Source: Camelus dromedarius
Lineage: Eukaryota
Assembly (NCBI RefSeq): GCF_036321535.1
Contig: NC_087436.1
Span: forward strand, 9,858,001-9,922,000
DNA length: 64,000 nt
Direction of reading: 5' to 3'
Both the position numbers and the translations under genes were made by a program. The notes below the pieces were generated by a model. That model saw only the letters and a list, made by a program, of their open reading frames with translations. It did not search any database and was not told the DNA's origin. The stretch's first letter is position 1. Each line of letters begins with the position of its first letter. Positions 41,181 through 53,400 of the stretch are shown piece after piece.

Positions 41181-43559
41181 GATGCCACACTATAGTAAAG
41201 GACAAAATTTGAACCAGAATTCGCATCATTCTTAATTACTAACATGGGGAAGCCACTTTCAAGACTCATTTGCATGCTATCCAAGAGAATTGCATCTAGA
41301 AATACCTTATTGTGTGGTCACATTTTTAGAAATTATTAGTAGTAGTACATAAAAGTGGCGGAATAGTGACAATTTCACATGTCCGACCTCATAGCAAAGT
41401 AGTAAGATGCCAAGGTAGCTGAGTAATTTATTGAGTACACAATACATGTCAGATTTTTTACTAGAAGTTGCAGATACACAGGTAAGCAAGAGACCAGGCC
41501 CTTAACTTTAAAATTAATTAAATTACTTTAAAATTACTTAAAAACTTTAAAAAAGTAATTAAAAATTGAATCCATCATTACAAAGTGGGCTAAATGCCAA
41601 GAAGGAGAGAAATCTGATGCTGAGAGTGAGTTACAAAGGGACCTGATTTATTCTGGGGGTGGGATTAGGAAAATTTGCCTGAAGGGGAAAACTTGAGATG
41701 AATCTAAGGGTTGAATTGGAATGAATAAAGCAGGGATGTGGGTAGGATAGGACGGAAAAGAGGGGGAAGGAAGAAAGAGGAAGAGAGACTCAGAAGGAAT
41801 AAAGGGGAGAGTTGTAGATGGTGGGGAAACGCTTTCCAGGCAGAACCAATAGCGTGTGCAAAGATTGTGAACTGAGAAATATACATGTTGTGTTTGAGAG
41901 ACTGAGAAAATGATCAGTATCTTTGTGGAAAGCTCTATGGAGTGCGGAAATCGTCCAGAAGAGAAAGATTGGGACCAGTTAAGGATGTGGAGTTTTATCA
42001 CAAGAGTAATGGGAAATTACAGAAAAGATTTAGGGAAGCAATTGATAAGATTAAATTTACACTGTTATCTGCATTATGGATGGACCTTGTAATGCAGACT
42101 TTCCTATCTATTGGAATAGTAGTATGAAGTTCAATTCAATTCCTGAAGAAGAACTCAAAATTAATCATTAAAATGACTAAAAATGTACCTTAAAGTTGGA
42201 ATACACACAAATATTTGAATCCATTTAAATGGTAAATTGGTTCTGGTTTCTATAAATAGGCATATATAAATGAAACACAATGATCAAATTATTATGAAAT
42301 TATGTTAAAGAATAGATTTTTTAAAAGGTAAAATTATGACTCCCATAGAAGTACAAAATGAACACATGTCAAAGATTTTGTTTTTAACTGATTAATTGAC
42401 AATGAAATCAGTAAGATGTTACAATCAGTTTCAAAAGAAAATTCAAAGAGTTATACACATGTAGGCAAATAAGGAATGCTGAAATAAATTTGCAAACAGA
42501 TGCACAATGGGTCAACTCACAAGCAATAATAAATTCCATTCCATCTGACAAACAATTTGCATTTTTATGGGGAAGGATCTTTGCATTGCCTTTAGATACA
42601 ACTTGTAAGGCTGCAAAATAGTGCAAAAATAATGAAAGACTGAGAAAACCTAGAATTTTGGAAGAACACATTTTGGGTCAAACTCAAAGTCTTTCAGCAT
42701 TTTCCCTACATGTATATACATATTGTAAATTTTAGGACCTGTATAGAAGATGCTCTAATACTGGTCTGAAAAGTATTGCTCTACCCTGCAATAGATTTGA
42801 CCTAAATTAATGCTGTTATTTCTGGCAAACCTCCATGGACTTCTGGAGCACTTCCACTTTATTCCCGATGTAGGTCAGCTTCAGAATCTGTGAATCCAGA
42901 CAGATCTCAGTCATGTGAGACCCTGAGCTGAGAATCCAGTCGCACAATGCAGGACTTTTGACCCAGGGAAACAATGAGATAATAAGTCTGTGTTATTTTA
43001 AGCCACTAAAATTGTGATAAAGTCTTACTCAGAATACAAAACTGATGTAAATATATGCTGTATGAGTCCATCTATATGGAGTTCAAAACTAGGCAAAACT
43101 GAACTATTGTGTTTTATTATTAATTAATTAATATTAAGGTAGGGCAACCTACCTCTGGGAAGCTAGGGGGTTCCTAATCGGGGTGGGGGTGAGGGGGCTT
43201 CTGGGATGTGACAATGCTTATTTCTTGATCTGGGCAAGTGTGCTCACTTTTGTAGAAATTTATTAAGCTGTACACGTGAGATTTGTGTACTTTCCTGTGT
43301 GTATACTTCAATTAAATATTATTGAAGAAAGATAGGATTTAGCTTTCCTATAAGCTTCTATTTCTTACTTCATGGCCAAAAATTAAAGTGAAATTATTAA
43401 CATATATTGAGGCTTTAAACTGTGCCAGGCATGTTTCTAAGTGCTTTATATGTGTTAACATGTTCTTATATTTTAATTTTGTTTTTGGCACCTTTCTAAA
43501 TATAGACATTTGTTAATCTGATAGAGTCAAATGTAAAGATAGTTGCCCTTTGGGGTATA

Positions 43560-43910
43560 CAGTTGACTTTTGAACAACACGGGTTTGAACTGCACAGGTC
43601 CATTTATCCATAGATTTTTTTTTCAATAAATGTAGTACCTGTATTTTCATTTTACAGATCTTTAACTAAGTGTGGGAAAAGGTTTGTGTTCGATTAGAGA
43701 TCACAATATGTAAAGTCAAAGAGAACTAGTGTTTGAGCCCTGATTCTATCCAAACTGTGTCAGTTTCCTGCCCTTGGGTGAGTCACTGAACAATTTCTTT
43801 GTTTCTGAGGCAGAGAGAGCAATACTTGGATTGCTGATTGCAGGAGCTGTGAAGGGCAGGAGGTGGGGCGGTAGGCGCCCTTAACCCCCACCTTGTTCAA
43901 CGGTCAACTG
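43560..43910. mobile_element. Tigger2-derived Tc1/mariner MITE
   Basis: TIRs CAGTTGACTTTTGAACAA / TTGTTCAACGGTCAACTG, TA target duplication on both sides, 351 bp. Confidence 0.9.
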
Positions 43911-44778
43911 TACTCTGATCTTGTTTAAGAATCTTTTCCTATAATGTTATTTAGAGTGAAATCAGCACAGAGTTGATTAAACTTCATCTAGGAACAAGTA
44001 AAGTGCTTCCTACATATGCTAATTAGTTTAATATACTCTATTTTATTACGATAAGGACAAAGTCTTTGTTGTCCATGAAAAGCAGTTTTCTCTCCCACAC
44101 AGATATCTATAATTAAAGAGCATTTCATTAACTATATTGAACTTGTTTTCTTCCCATTCATTTTGATCAGCAACATCACTTCTCAGTCCCAACTCAGGAC
44201 ACTTAATACAAGACTAATCTTGGTCACAAGAAAAATGGAATATTTTCTTATTGGAGTTTTTCTTCTAAGCTAAATAGATCTCATTTGCATTCTCTACCAA
44301 GCCTCAAGTGTACAGTTATGGTTGCTAAAGACAACCATTCTTGTTGTGTAGCTTCCAGTTTGTGTTATCCTTAAATAAAAACAGAAGCTGACTTATCCTT
44401 TAAGTCATTAAGCAATATCCTTCTGAGGTCATCTTTAAATAATCACTTGAAGGTGCACATCACAGAAAACATAAAGAGGTGAATTGAGTGGGCTCCAACA
44501 CTGGACTCTATATTAACTTATTACTTATTCCTAAACACCTTAAAAATCATGTCATTTATAATCATATAATACAGAAGGAAGGTAGATGTTTAATGAAAAA
44601 ATTCTTATGCATGGGCAGTCTTGTCAACTTTCACTAGTTAAATGCAAATGTTCACTTAAATACAATAAATTAACAATACTATAATACAGATGAAGTGTAT
44701 GAGCAATTCCAAAGATGTTTATTATGTGAAAATATGCAGACTATTCCTATTGTAGGACAAAGAGGGGAAAATAAAACC

Positions 44779-45350
44779 TATCAGTAAAGCAGAGCAGGAC
44801 CTTGTGGCTTCTTCCCCGGTACAATCCTTTCAGTCTCGCACTTCTCTTTTGTAGTTAGTAGGCTTCATTTGGCCTCCTTGACCTTCCCTGAGTTCCAAAG
44901 GGCAGATTCAAACAGTTGCTAATCACGGAAGGGAAGGAAGGCAGAAACAAGGGAGGAGCAGTCAAGAAACAATAGTGCAGCCTTGTGGCAGGGTCCTGGT
45001 TCCTTCTGAATGAAATACATAACAATACCTTAGAATTCTTCTGTAAGAACTATGACCCTACGCAGGTGGCAGGTGGCAACTTCAGGCTGAGCACAAGATT
45101 CCTGGGGCAATACCCTGGATCAGAGGAACCAACCAATTAGAGGAAGGTCACACACCCTGCAGACCTCCTCCCAAATTTTGCCTATGAAAACTGCTCCCTG
45201 AAAACCATCTGGGATTTTGTGTCTTTTGAGTATGAGCCACTCATCCTTCTGGCTCAGCCTTGCAATAAACATTTCTTTGCTCCAAACTCTGATGTTTCAG
45301 TTTGCTTGGTCTCACTGGGCATTGGGCACACAAACTTTTGCTTGTTGATA
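44779..45350 (+). mobile_element. ERV1-type solo LTR
   Basis: Long block shared with the 24936 LTR (cctccttgacc.tccctgagttcca...gcagtcaagaaacaatagtgcag...ttcaggctgagcacaagattc), AATAAA at ~45264. Ends are approximate. Confidence 0.75.
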
Positions 45351-46363
45351 TTAATATAAAGGGAAGGTTTTTTTTTTTTCCTCTGTTTATTAAATTTTCC
45401 ACAGAAATATGTTAAAAGTTTTCCTTTTCCCATAAGAAACTATTGTCTAAATCTTTGAGTGGTTTTTTTTTTTTTTTTTTTTTTTGCATGGATGACAAAT
45501 AGTATTTCTTAGTAAATGTTTTTTTCTCATTACAGTCTTGGTTTAAATACTCTCTCTAGTTTGGCATTCCAAACAATTTTAATTATATTTCTTTATATTT
45601 TGAATAAATAATATACTCCTTTTATTCAAAAGTTAAAAAATATAAGAATGGATCCAGGGATACAGAGGAAAACACCCACCTACTTCCTCTTCAAGACCCC
45701 AGGAATCCCCTTTAGCAGTACATGGTATCATTTTCTGGTGCATTTTTACAAAAATATTTTATGCATATATAATCAAATATATGCAGATTATCTAAACATT
45801 ATAGTAGAGCAAAATTACCCCCCGCCCAATGTGTCTTTTTGACTTGAGGATTAATTTTGGCTGATTATCTTTAAGAAATGAAAATTCAGGAAGTTTTACT
45901 TGTTTTCCACCCCACTCCCTTAACTGCATAAAATAATTTAGATAAAGGGCCTGTTCCCAGGTTCCCAGAGTAGAGCTATCACCAGGTATATCTGCAAAGA
46001 ATGTGGGCTGGGTGTGGTGAGGGAAACTCCTCAGGACCCAGAAATTAGTCCACTCTGTGTCCCATTTTCTCTGCCTGGCCCAGCAAGTATTTATTCACCA
46101 AACATTTGGTTTTTCATCTCCATGTGAATTGCCTTCCTAAACCAGTACCCCCGACATCCTTTTTGTTTTTCGCAGTAGATGGTATTTAAGGTGAGGGTGT
46201 CAGCCATTTGGGTGAGTTACTCAGTTTTCCTGGGTCTCTCTCATGTACACATTATTAAACTTTATTTGATTTTATCTGTTACTCTTGTTTCCTGCCAGTT
46301 TAATTTTTGGACCAGCCAGGAGAAATTAAAAAGGTAGAGGAAAATTTCTTCCTCCCTGACTGT

Positions 46364-46381
46364 TGGCAAAGTCAGCAGGAT
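46364..46381 (+). other. Primer-binding site, tRNA-Ser-like
   Basis: TGGCAAAGTCAGCAGGAT vs TGGCGTAGTCGGCAGGAT (15/18; two of the differences fit CpG decay), 3 nt after the 5' LTR. Confidence 0.65.
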
Positions 46382-48119
46382 TCAACTTTACTGGCTGAAC
46401 ACTACTTGCCCCAAGGCTGCTGAGCTAAGAGATGCTGGGACAAATGAAGCTGGCAGAAGGTAAAAATCCTTACCGTGTCAGTCAGTCTCCTAGAGCTTTG
46501 CCTGCAGGGTCTGTTGGAAACAAAAAGAGTAAATGTCTCTAAAACTAGATTAGCTGGAGGAAATATTTGTAGAGCTAGTTCTTCGGACTTAAGTGACTCT
46601 TGGTTAAATTGATGGGGCACTCTTGTCTTAACTGATCCTTTTCTTGCCAGAGATGGACACTGTTTTTCTTTGTCTCTGTCTATTGTGTTCTTTGTTCATG
46701 GAAAGGAAAGGCAGGATCAAGGCATCGGCCCTATAAGCCAGTTGTCTAGGCCAGCCCCACAGACTAACAAGTTCGTGGGTCTTACCAGACTGATATCTGT
46801 TTAGACACACTTCTCTGTGGGTTGATATACCCCTGAGGCGAAGATTATTGCTAAGGGACATCTTGGAAGGCACAGCAGCAAAACGGGTACATAAAGATTG
46901 AGCACTTAACAGTTACTGTGGCACTCACCAACTCAAGAAGGTATTTCTTATAAGATAAGTTGGACATGGAACATGTTAGATCAACACCAAATTATGAGCC
47001 AGCCTCAAAAAATGTCCACACAATAAGGCGCTTTGTAAAGCAACACACAATCCCCAACCCACAACGTATCCCTCTGAGGTATTAGTTTGGTTCCAAGAGA
47101 CCCAAAGCTTAGTTAAACTTGTTCTTATGCATGGGAAAAAAAAAAAAAAGAGAGAGAGAGAGAGAAAAAAGATAAATATTTTCCTTTTGTTTTGTTCTAT
47201 GTCCTAAGAGTTTGACTTTGTGACCAGTGAGAATATTCTTTCCGGCTTCCACTATCCAGAAAGTGCACTTTCCTGTGTTTATTTGGCAGTCAGTGAAAGA
47301 GACGAAGATTCTTAGTAGCCGTAACCAGTTGGTCAGAAGCCCAGGCAACAACTTGCTCTTGAGACTGCCTTCTCTGTGCTCAGCTGTGCCAGCTTTCAGG
47401 GGAGCTTGTCGCAAAGGTCCCAGACCGTAAGGGACCTTTGTCATCTCAACTTTCTTTGTGTTGTTAGTTGTCAATAATGCTGCTATGAACGTTGGGACTG
47501 CACCATCCTTACTGCCTGTGCAACAAAGGTCTTCACTTTCTTAGCCTATTTTGGGGGAATTAACTTTCTGGGTCTTGTGAAAGCTGCATTCTTTGCACTC
47601 TCTTGTGAGACGTTTCTTTTGCCCATGGTTAAGCCATAAAAACAGTTTATTAGTTTGTGCCCTTTTAAGATCCTATAATGGCAAGATGATCCTTTGAATT
47701 GGAGAAACTTCTAAACTGGTAAGATTTTAGAACATTCTCATTATAAACAGCTGTTTTATTGGTACCAAATTACAAGGTGGATCCAAAGAAATATAATGAC
47801 TAACTTTGAGGGCTCCCTTAAAAAACAAAACAAAACAAAAAGAAGTTAAAGAAGCTTTATCAAAGTTGCCATCTCCACTCCCCCTCATATGTCTTACAAA
47901 TGCTAATAAAAACATTAGGTTAATTAACAAGAGAATTGGAAGGAGCCCAGAGGAAAGTCAAGAGTCTCTTCCCCAAACTGGAAATTTTTAAGGGGTTATT
48001 AAGAAACAAAGTAAATAAAACAAATGTTGAAAGAGGCAGTAATAGGAATAAAAAAGGAAGTCATTGGACTCATCCCAGCAGGGTGGAAATCTTTAGATGG
48101 TTATTAAGAAATGGGATGA

Positions 48120-49125
48120 CCAAATGGTACTTAATGAAACTTATAAGCTTTTGCACAACAAAGGAAACCATAAGCAAACCAAAAAGACAATCTATGGAAT
48201 GGGAGAAAATAGTTGCAAATCATGCAAATGACAAGAGCTTAATCTCCAGAATATATAAACAGATAAAACAACATGATAACAAAAAAACAAACAACTCAAT
48301 CAAAAAGTAGGCAGAAGATCTAAACAAGCAGTTATCCAATGAAAACATACAAATGGCCAATAGGCACATGAAAAAATGCTCTATGTCACTAATTATCAGA
48401 GAAATGCAAATCAAAACTAAAATGAGATATCATCTCACACCAGTCAGAATGGCCATCATTAAAAATTCCACAAACAATAAATGCTGGAGAGGGTGTGGAG
48501 AAAAGGGAACCCTCACACAGTGCTCTTGGGAATGTAGTTTGGTGCAGCCATTATGGAAAACAGTATGGAGATTCTTCAAAAAACTACAGACTTACCACAT
48601 GATCTAGCAATCCCAGGCAAATATGCAGAGGGAATTCTAATTCAAAAAGATACACACACCCCAATGTTCATAGCAGCACTATTTACAATAGCCAAGACAT
48701 GGAAACAACCTAAATGTCCCTTGACAGATGATTAGATAAAGAAGTTGTGGTATATTTATACAATGGAATAATACTCAGCCATAAAAAGCATAAAATAATG
48801 CCATTTGCAGCAACATAAATGGACCTGGAGATCATCATTCTATGTGATGACAAATACATGATATTACTTATATGTGGAACCTAAGAAAAAAGGTCATCAC
48901 ACAAGTGAGCTTATTTACAAACAGAAACAGACTCACAGACACAGAAAACAAACTCATAGTTACCGGGGATGAAGGGGATACAAAGGGATAAAATAGGAGT
49001 TTGAGATTTGCAGGTACTAAGCACTATATATAAAATAGCTAAACAATAAGCTTATATGGTATATCACAGGGACTATATTCAATATATTGCATTAACATAT
49101 AATAAAAAAGAATATAAAAAGGAAA
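48120..49125 (+). mobile_element. 5'-truncated L1 inserted into the outer ERV
   Basis: ORF2 C-terminal peptides ([28 protein letters not shown]). Perfect 15-bp TSD TAAGAAATGGGATGA at 48105-48119 and 49126-49140. Confidence 0.92.
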
Positions 49126-50439
49126 TAAGAAATGGGATGAATAGAACTGGCATTGATAGGGTTAAAACAAAGATTTTTTTTTTTTTTTTAACACAGCATT
49201 ACCTAATGTTGGGTAAGCCAAAAGGACCAGTCTCCCCAGTACTAAAGGGCCCCAAGCAAGTTTGCTCTATTTAATCCAATTTGGTTAAAGTTAAAAAGTC
49301 AGAAGACAAAAATGACAATGAGAAATCTGACCAGCAATCACTTGGGGGGGAATCAAGTCAAAGATTACCAGAAAGGCCAGGGTCACTTGGCTTGATTGTA
49401 CTGGGGTCCAGGAATGGGTAAAATGGTCGGTGGATGGAGAGTAGTTTCTGGAACTCCCTGATGCAAGAACTCACAAACTGTGGTCCCATAACCCACTGGT
49501 GGAACTCTGACTCAGGCTACAACTAGATTGAGAAAATGTAAAAAATGTAAGTGCTGATAGCATTATAAACGTTGGAATGTTCGAGCAGATGTTACCTAAA
49601 GAGGTTGTGTTGATGTTGCCTGCGTGGTACATGGTAATGTCTGTTTTCTCTGGCTGGGAATGCTTCCCTTACCCAGTACTGTAAGACTGAGACTTAGTCA
49701 TGGGGTTGTTGACTGACATAAACGCACAGCCTAAAAGTTGAGAGCTGTTTTATTCAGCGGACATTTCTGAGGACTGAAACCCCTTCAAGCCTGGGATGAC
49801 AGCCTCTCAGATGGCTCTGAGGGACTGCTCTGAGGAGGTATGGGAGGAGCCAGGATATATAGGAGCTTTACAACAAAGGTCAGGTAGTCAGAACATTAAA
49901 AGATTACTTGTTAACTGAAGAAAGCCAGACATCTCAAGTTAAAGAATTTAGTCGTTTTCTATATATGGGAGGGAACAAACATTTGAGCTCATTGAAATCA
50001 TTCCTTTGACAAGCACCTAGCTGTCTAGGGCCAGTATCCTGCCCTTTCACGTCCTAAATCCCCTTGTTAGGTAGTTTAGATAGAAATGAGCACTGGGCAG
50101 GGGGAGAGGTAGGGGAAACGAACAATCCAGAACACAAGGAACCTGAGCTGTCAATTAACCGGAGCGCAGGGAGCCAGAGTTGTCAATCAATCAAACAATT
50201 AATCAATCATGAAACCAGGATATAAAAACAGGGGGAAAAAAAGAAACAGAGCCATTTCCCCTCTCTTGGATTGGCCCCCTCCCAATTCTCAGGAGTGTAC
50301 TATTTTTCACTATTTTTTTTTATTTCACTAATAAGAATCTTATTTACATCACGCTTTTTGTCTCTCATCAAAAGTCTTTTTTTCAGATGACTAAGAACGG
50401 AGGTAATTCTTATTTTTGTTTTCCTGGTAATGTTAATTT

Positions 50440-50457
50440 TGGTGCCGTGACGCAGAT
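50440..50457 (+). other. Primer-binding site complementary to tRNA-His
   Basis: TGGTGCCGTGACGCAGAT vs TGGTGCCGTGACTCGGAT (16/18), just 3' of the 5' LTR. Confidence 0.85.
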
Positions 50458-50874
50458 GGTGTACTTAAACCCAATCTTTCCTCCCTCATTTCCCTCTCCC
50501 TCCCTGAGGCCAGCCAGCGGAGCACAAGCTCCTGGGGCCACTTCTGGCTGCTGCGCTGAGAATACAAGGTGTGGTAGGGTGACCAGCCACCAGCTAAACT
50601 GAAGATCATTCCAATCAGACCACAGAGACACCCAGCACATGGTAAGACTGTGGCCGTCCCCCCCCCCCCCCCCCCCGTTCTGGAGTGGAGGCTGAGACGT
50701 CAGCTTCCATCCCCGAATCAGGACCCTAGGATGCTAGGCACTGCTGATGCACGGCTACCCTCTACGATGCATTTGGTTGTGGACAGAGGCTGAGATGTCA
50801 GCCTAGTCCATGGGCTTTTCACCTTAGGACGCTAAGCTCTGAAAATCCCCCTGTATCCTCCCCTTGTTTTTCAG

Positions 50875-51560
50875 GTGGGAAACCAAGAGTCTGTCCCTGC
50901 TGGGACTCCTTTGGGCTGCATGTTGGCCAACTGGGACCATTCATATTTTTTACTTACTGAGAGACAGCAATGATCTCCTAGAAGGATGTAAGTTAACCAC
51001 TCAGGTTACAGTTACATCTAATAACCTACTGTCCCCAACACCCCCTGGAGAGGGGGAATCTCCTAAACCTACACCTTGCCCTGCTCTCCCTACCATAAAC
51101 CCTTCATTTCCCTCATACTCAGGAAAGACACTGCCTTCAGCTCCTCCATTACCTTTGATAGCTTTGAAAACTCCAAAAGGTGATCCAGGAATCTGGAGTA
51201 ACTCTTGATGAAGTGCTAACCACTGCTGCCACAGTTTTTATAATCGAGGTCAGAGGCCAAGGCTCAGGAGTAGGAAAGAAGGAAGGAGGCCAGGCCCGCC
51301 CAGATGACTGCAGCCCCTCAAGGGCAGCCACTGTCCTGACGTACCTGGCCCGCAACAGCCCGAGGTAAGTCCAACAACAAGTGCAACATCTCCGCTGACC
51401 TGGCCACTGGGCTAAAGAATGTCCCTACAAGGACAAACCTCCAAGATCTGCCTGCTTTCCGTGTAGCCAACAGGGTCATTGGGTGGCCCTCTGTCCTTTG
51501 AGCCAAACGGCTCATGGGGGAAAACCAGCCCAAGACCCACAGATGGTTGTCCAGGACTGA
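50875..51560 (+). pseudogene. gag: ERV gag, heavily deleted and frameshifted
   Basis: (GTG)GNQESVPAGTPLGCMLANWD matrix start, PSAPP late domain, CA C-terminal TLDEVLTTAATVF, two zinc knuckles (second intact: CFPCSQQGHWVALC), and GAC TGA stop at 51558-51560 in the knuckle frame. Confidence 0.85.
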
Positions 51561-51931
51561 AGAGGCCCCGTCCAGTTGGCCCCAGTGCAAGAGATCTTGA
51601 TCACTGGCTGGAGCCACGGGTACAAATAGATGTGGCCGGTAGGACAGTAACTTTTCTTTTGGATACCGGGGCCACCTACTCTGTCCTGACTTCCTTCTCT
51701 GAACCCGTCTCCTCTAGATTCTGTACCATCATGAGAGTCACAGGTAAACTGACCTTAAGAGTCTTTACTCACCTGCTATGTTTATGGGATGAATGCTCAT
51801 TGGCACATTCTTTCTTATCCATGCCAGAATGTCCTAGCCACCCCCTTTTAGCCAGAGATCTTCTTTACAAGTTGAGAACCCGAGTTATCCTGGAAGAAAA
51901 TCCCCAAACTTCCACCTCTTTACAACTCTAA
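51561..51931 (+). pseudogene. pro: ERV aspartic protease (frameshifted)
   Basis: EPRVQIDVAGRTVTFLLDTGATYSVLT...HSFLSMPECPSHPLLARDLL. Confidence 0.9.
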
Positions 51932-51959
51932 TTGCTCTCTGGGGAAGGAGGAAAACCTC

Positions 51960-53290
51960 CAGACTGACAGGCCTGGGAGAATAAAATTAATCCCGCTGTC
52001 TGGGATCAAGGCATCCCAGGGCGGGCAAAGACGGCTGCTCCCGTTGTCATCTCCCTCAGAGATCCTACCTGGTCCTCTAATCAAAAACAATATCCTCTAA
52101 AACCTGAGGCAAGGAAGGGCCTTCAGCCAATAATTTCTCAGCTCTTACAGTGTGGACTCCTAATTCCTGTTAAACTCCCCCTGCAACACACCTGTCCTTC
52201 CGGTCATTAAAAAAGATGGGAGCTATAGACTGGTCCAGGGTTTATGAATCATAAATGAGGCAGCAGTACCTCTTCATCCAGTGGTTCAAACCCCTGTGTG
52301 TTACTGGGAAACATACCTCCAGGAACCCAGCAGTACACCACCTTAGACCTAAAAGATGCTCTTTTTTATACCCCTTAGTCTCCAGTCCCAATATTTATTT
52401 GCCTTTCAGTGGGACTCACCCAATGGGTATCAATGCCAGCTAACCTGGACAGCACTACCACAAGGGCTTAGAGACAGTCCTCACCTCTTTGGGCAAGCTT
52501 TGGCCCAAGATTTACAGGACTTACAGCTTAAAAAAGGAACTATTCCCCAATATGTAGATGACCTACTTATCTGCCCCCTTACTCAAGAACAGGCCATCCA
52601 ACATGCAATCCAAACTCTTAACTTCTTGGCCAAGCAGGGATATAAAGTTTCCAGGTTCAAGGCCAAAATGGTCAAACAAGAGGTCACTTATCTAGGAGTT
52701 GTTCTGACTCCTGGAAACCGTAGCCTTTCCCTTGAACAAATTCAGGGAATCTTATAACTCCCTAATCCCACTACTCGAAAACAGCTCAGGGAATTTCTTA
52801 GATTAACAGGTTGGCTTTGGATCCCTAACTATGGATCCATAGCCCAACCTCTATATGACAGTTTAAGGGGTAAGGATGACTCATCACCTCTTCAGTGGGG
52901 TCCTTCCCAATGGGATGCAATGGAAGAATTAAAAAATCTCCTGGTAAGATCCCCGGACTTGGGGCTTCCACACCCCACAAGGCCCTTCCAGTTCTATGTT
53001 CATGACAGAGGAGGAATAGCCTTGCAGGTCCTCACCCAATGGCTGGGTCCCCCTAACAGCCTATGGGATACCTCTCCAGGTGGCTAGATGCCACTGCTCG
53101 AGGCTGGCCTTCCTGCCTAAGGGGGTTGGGAGCCCTCTCCGCTCTCCTGGAGGAAGCTTTCAAGCTAACTCTGGGGGCCCCAATACAAGCATACACTAAC
53201 CACCAAGTTTCTGATCTTTTAAAAGGCAAGGGATATTCCTGGCTCTCAGATGCTCAGCTTCTTAAATATCAGGTATTATTATTGGACCTC
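51960..53290 (+). pseudogene. pol: ERV reverse transcriptase plus connection domain; RNase H and integrase missing
   Basis: SQYLFAFQW, LTWTALPQGLRDSPHLFG, QYVDDLL, YLSRWLDATARGWPSCLR, LLKYQVLLLD, with several stops and frameshifts. Confidence 0.92.
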
Positions 53291-53400
53291 TAGTTTTTTC
53301 AACATTCTTACAAAATGTGTTTCTTCTCATCTAGAGTCAAACTTCAAATGGCCATACAACAAGGTAATCAACCAATCAGTCAAGACAGCTTTTATACAAG
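53282..53400 (+). pseudogene. env: env TM C-terminal remnant
   Basis: (GP)..FFNILTKCVSSHLE.KLQMAIQQG resembles the gamma-type Env tail (LLFGPCIFNLLVKFVSSRIEAVKLQM). Confidence 0.7.

Noticed and set aside
47936..48735. ORFs of 60-124 aa as host genes
   Set aside because: Broken L1 ORF2 C-terminus fused by insertion to an ERV remnant.
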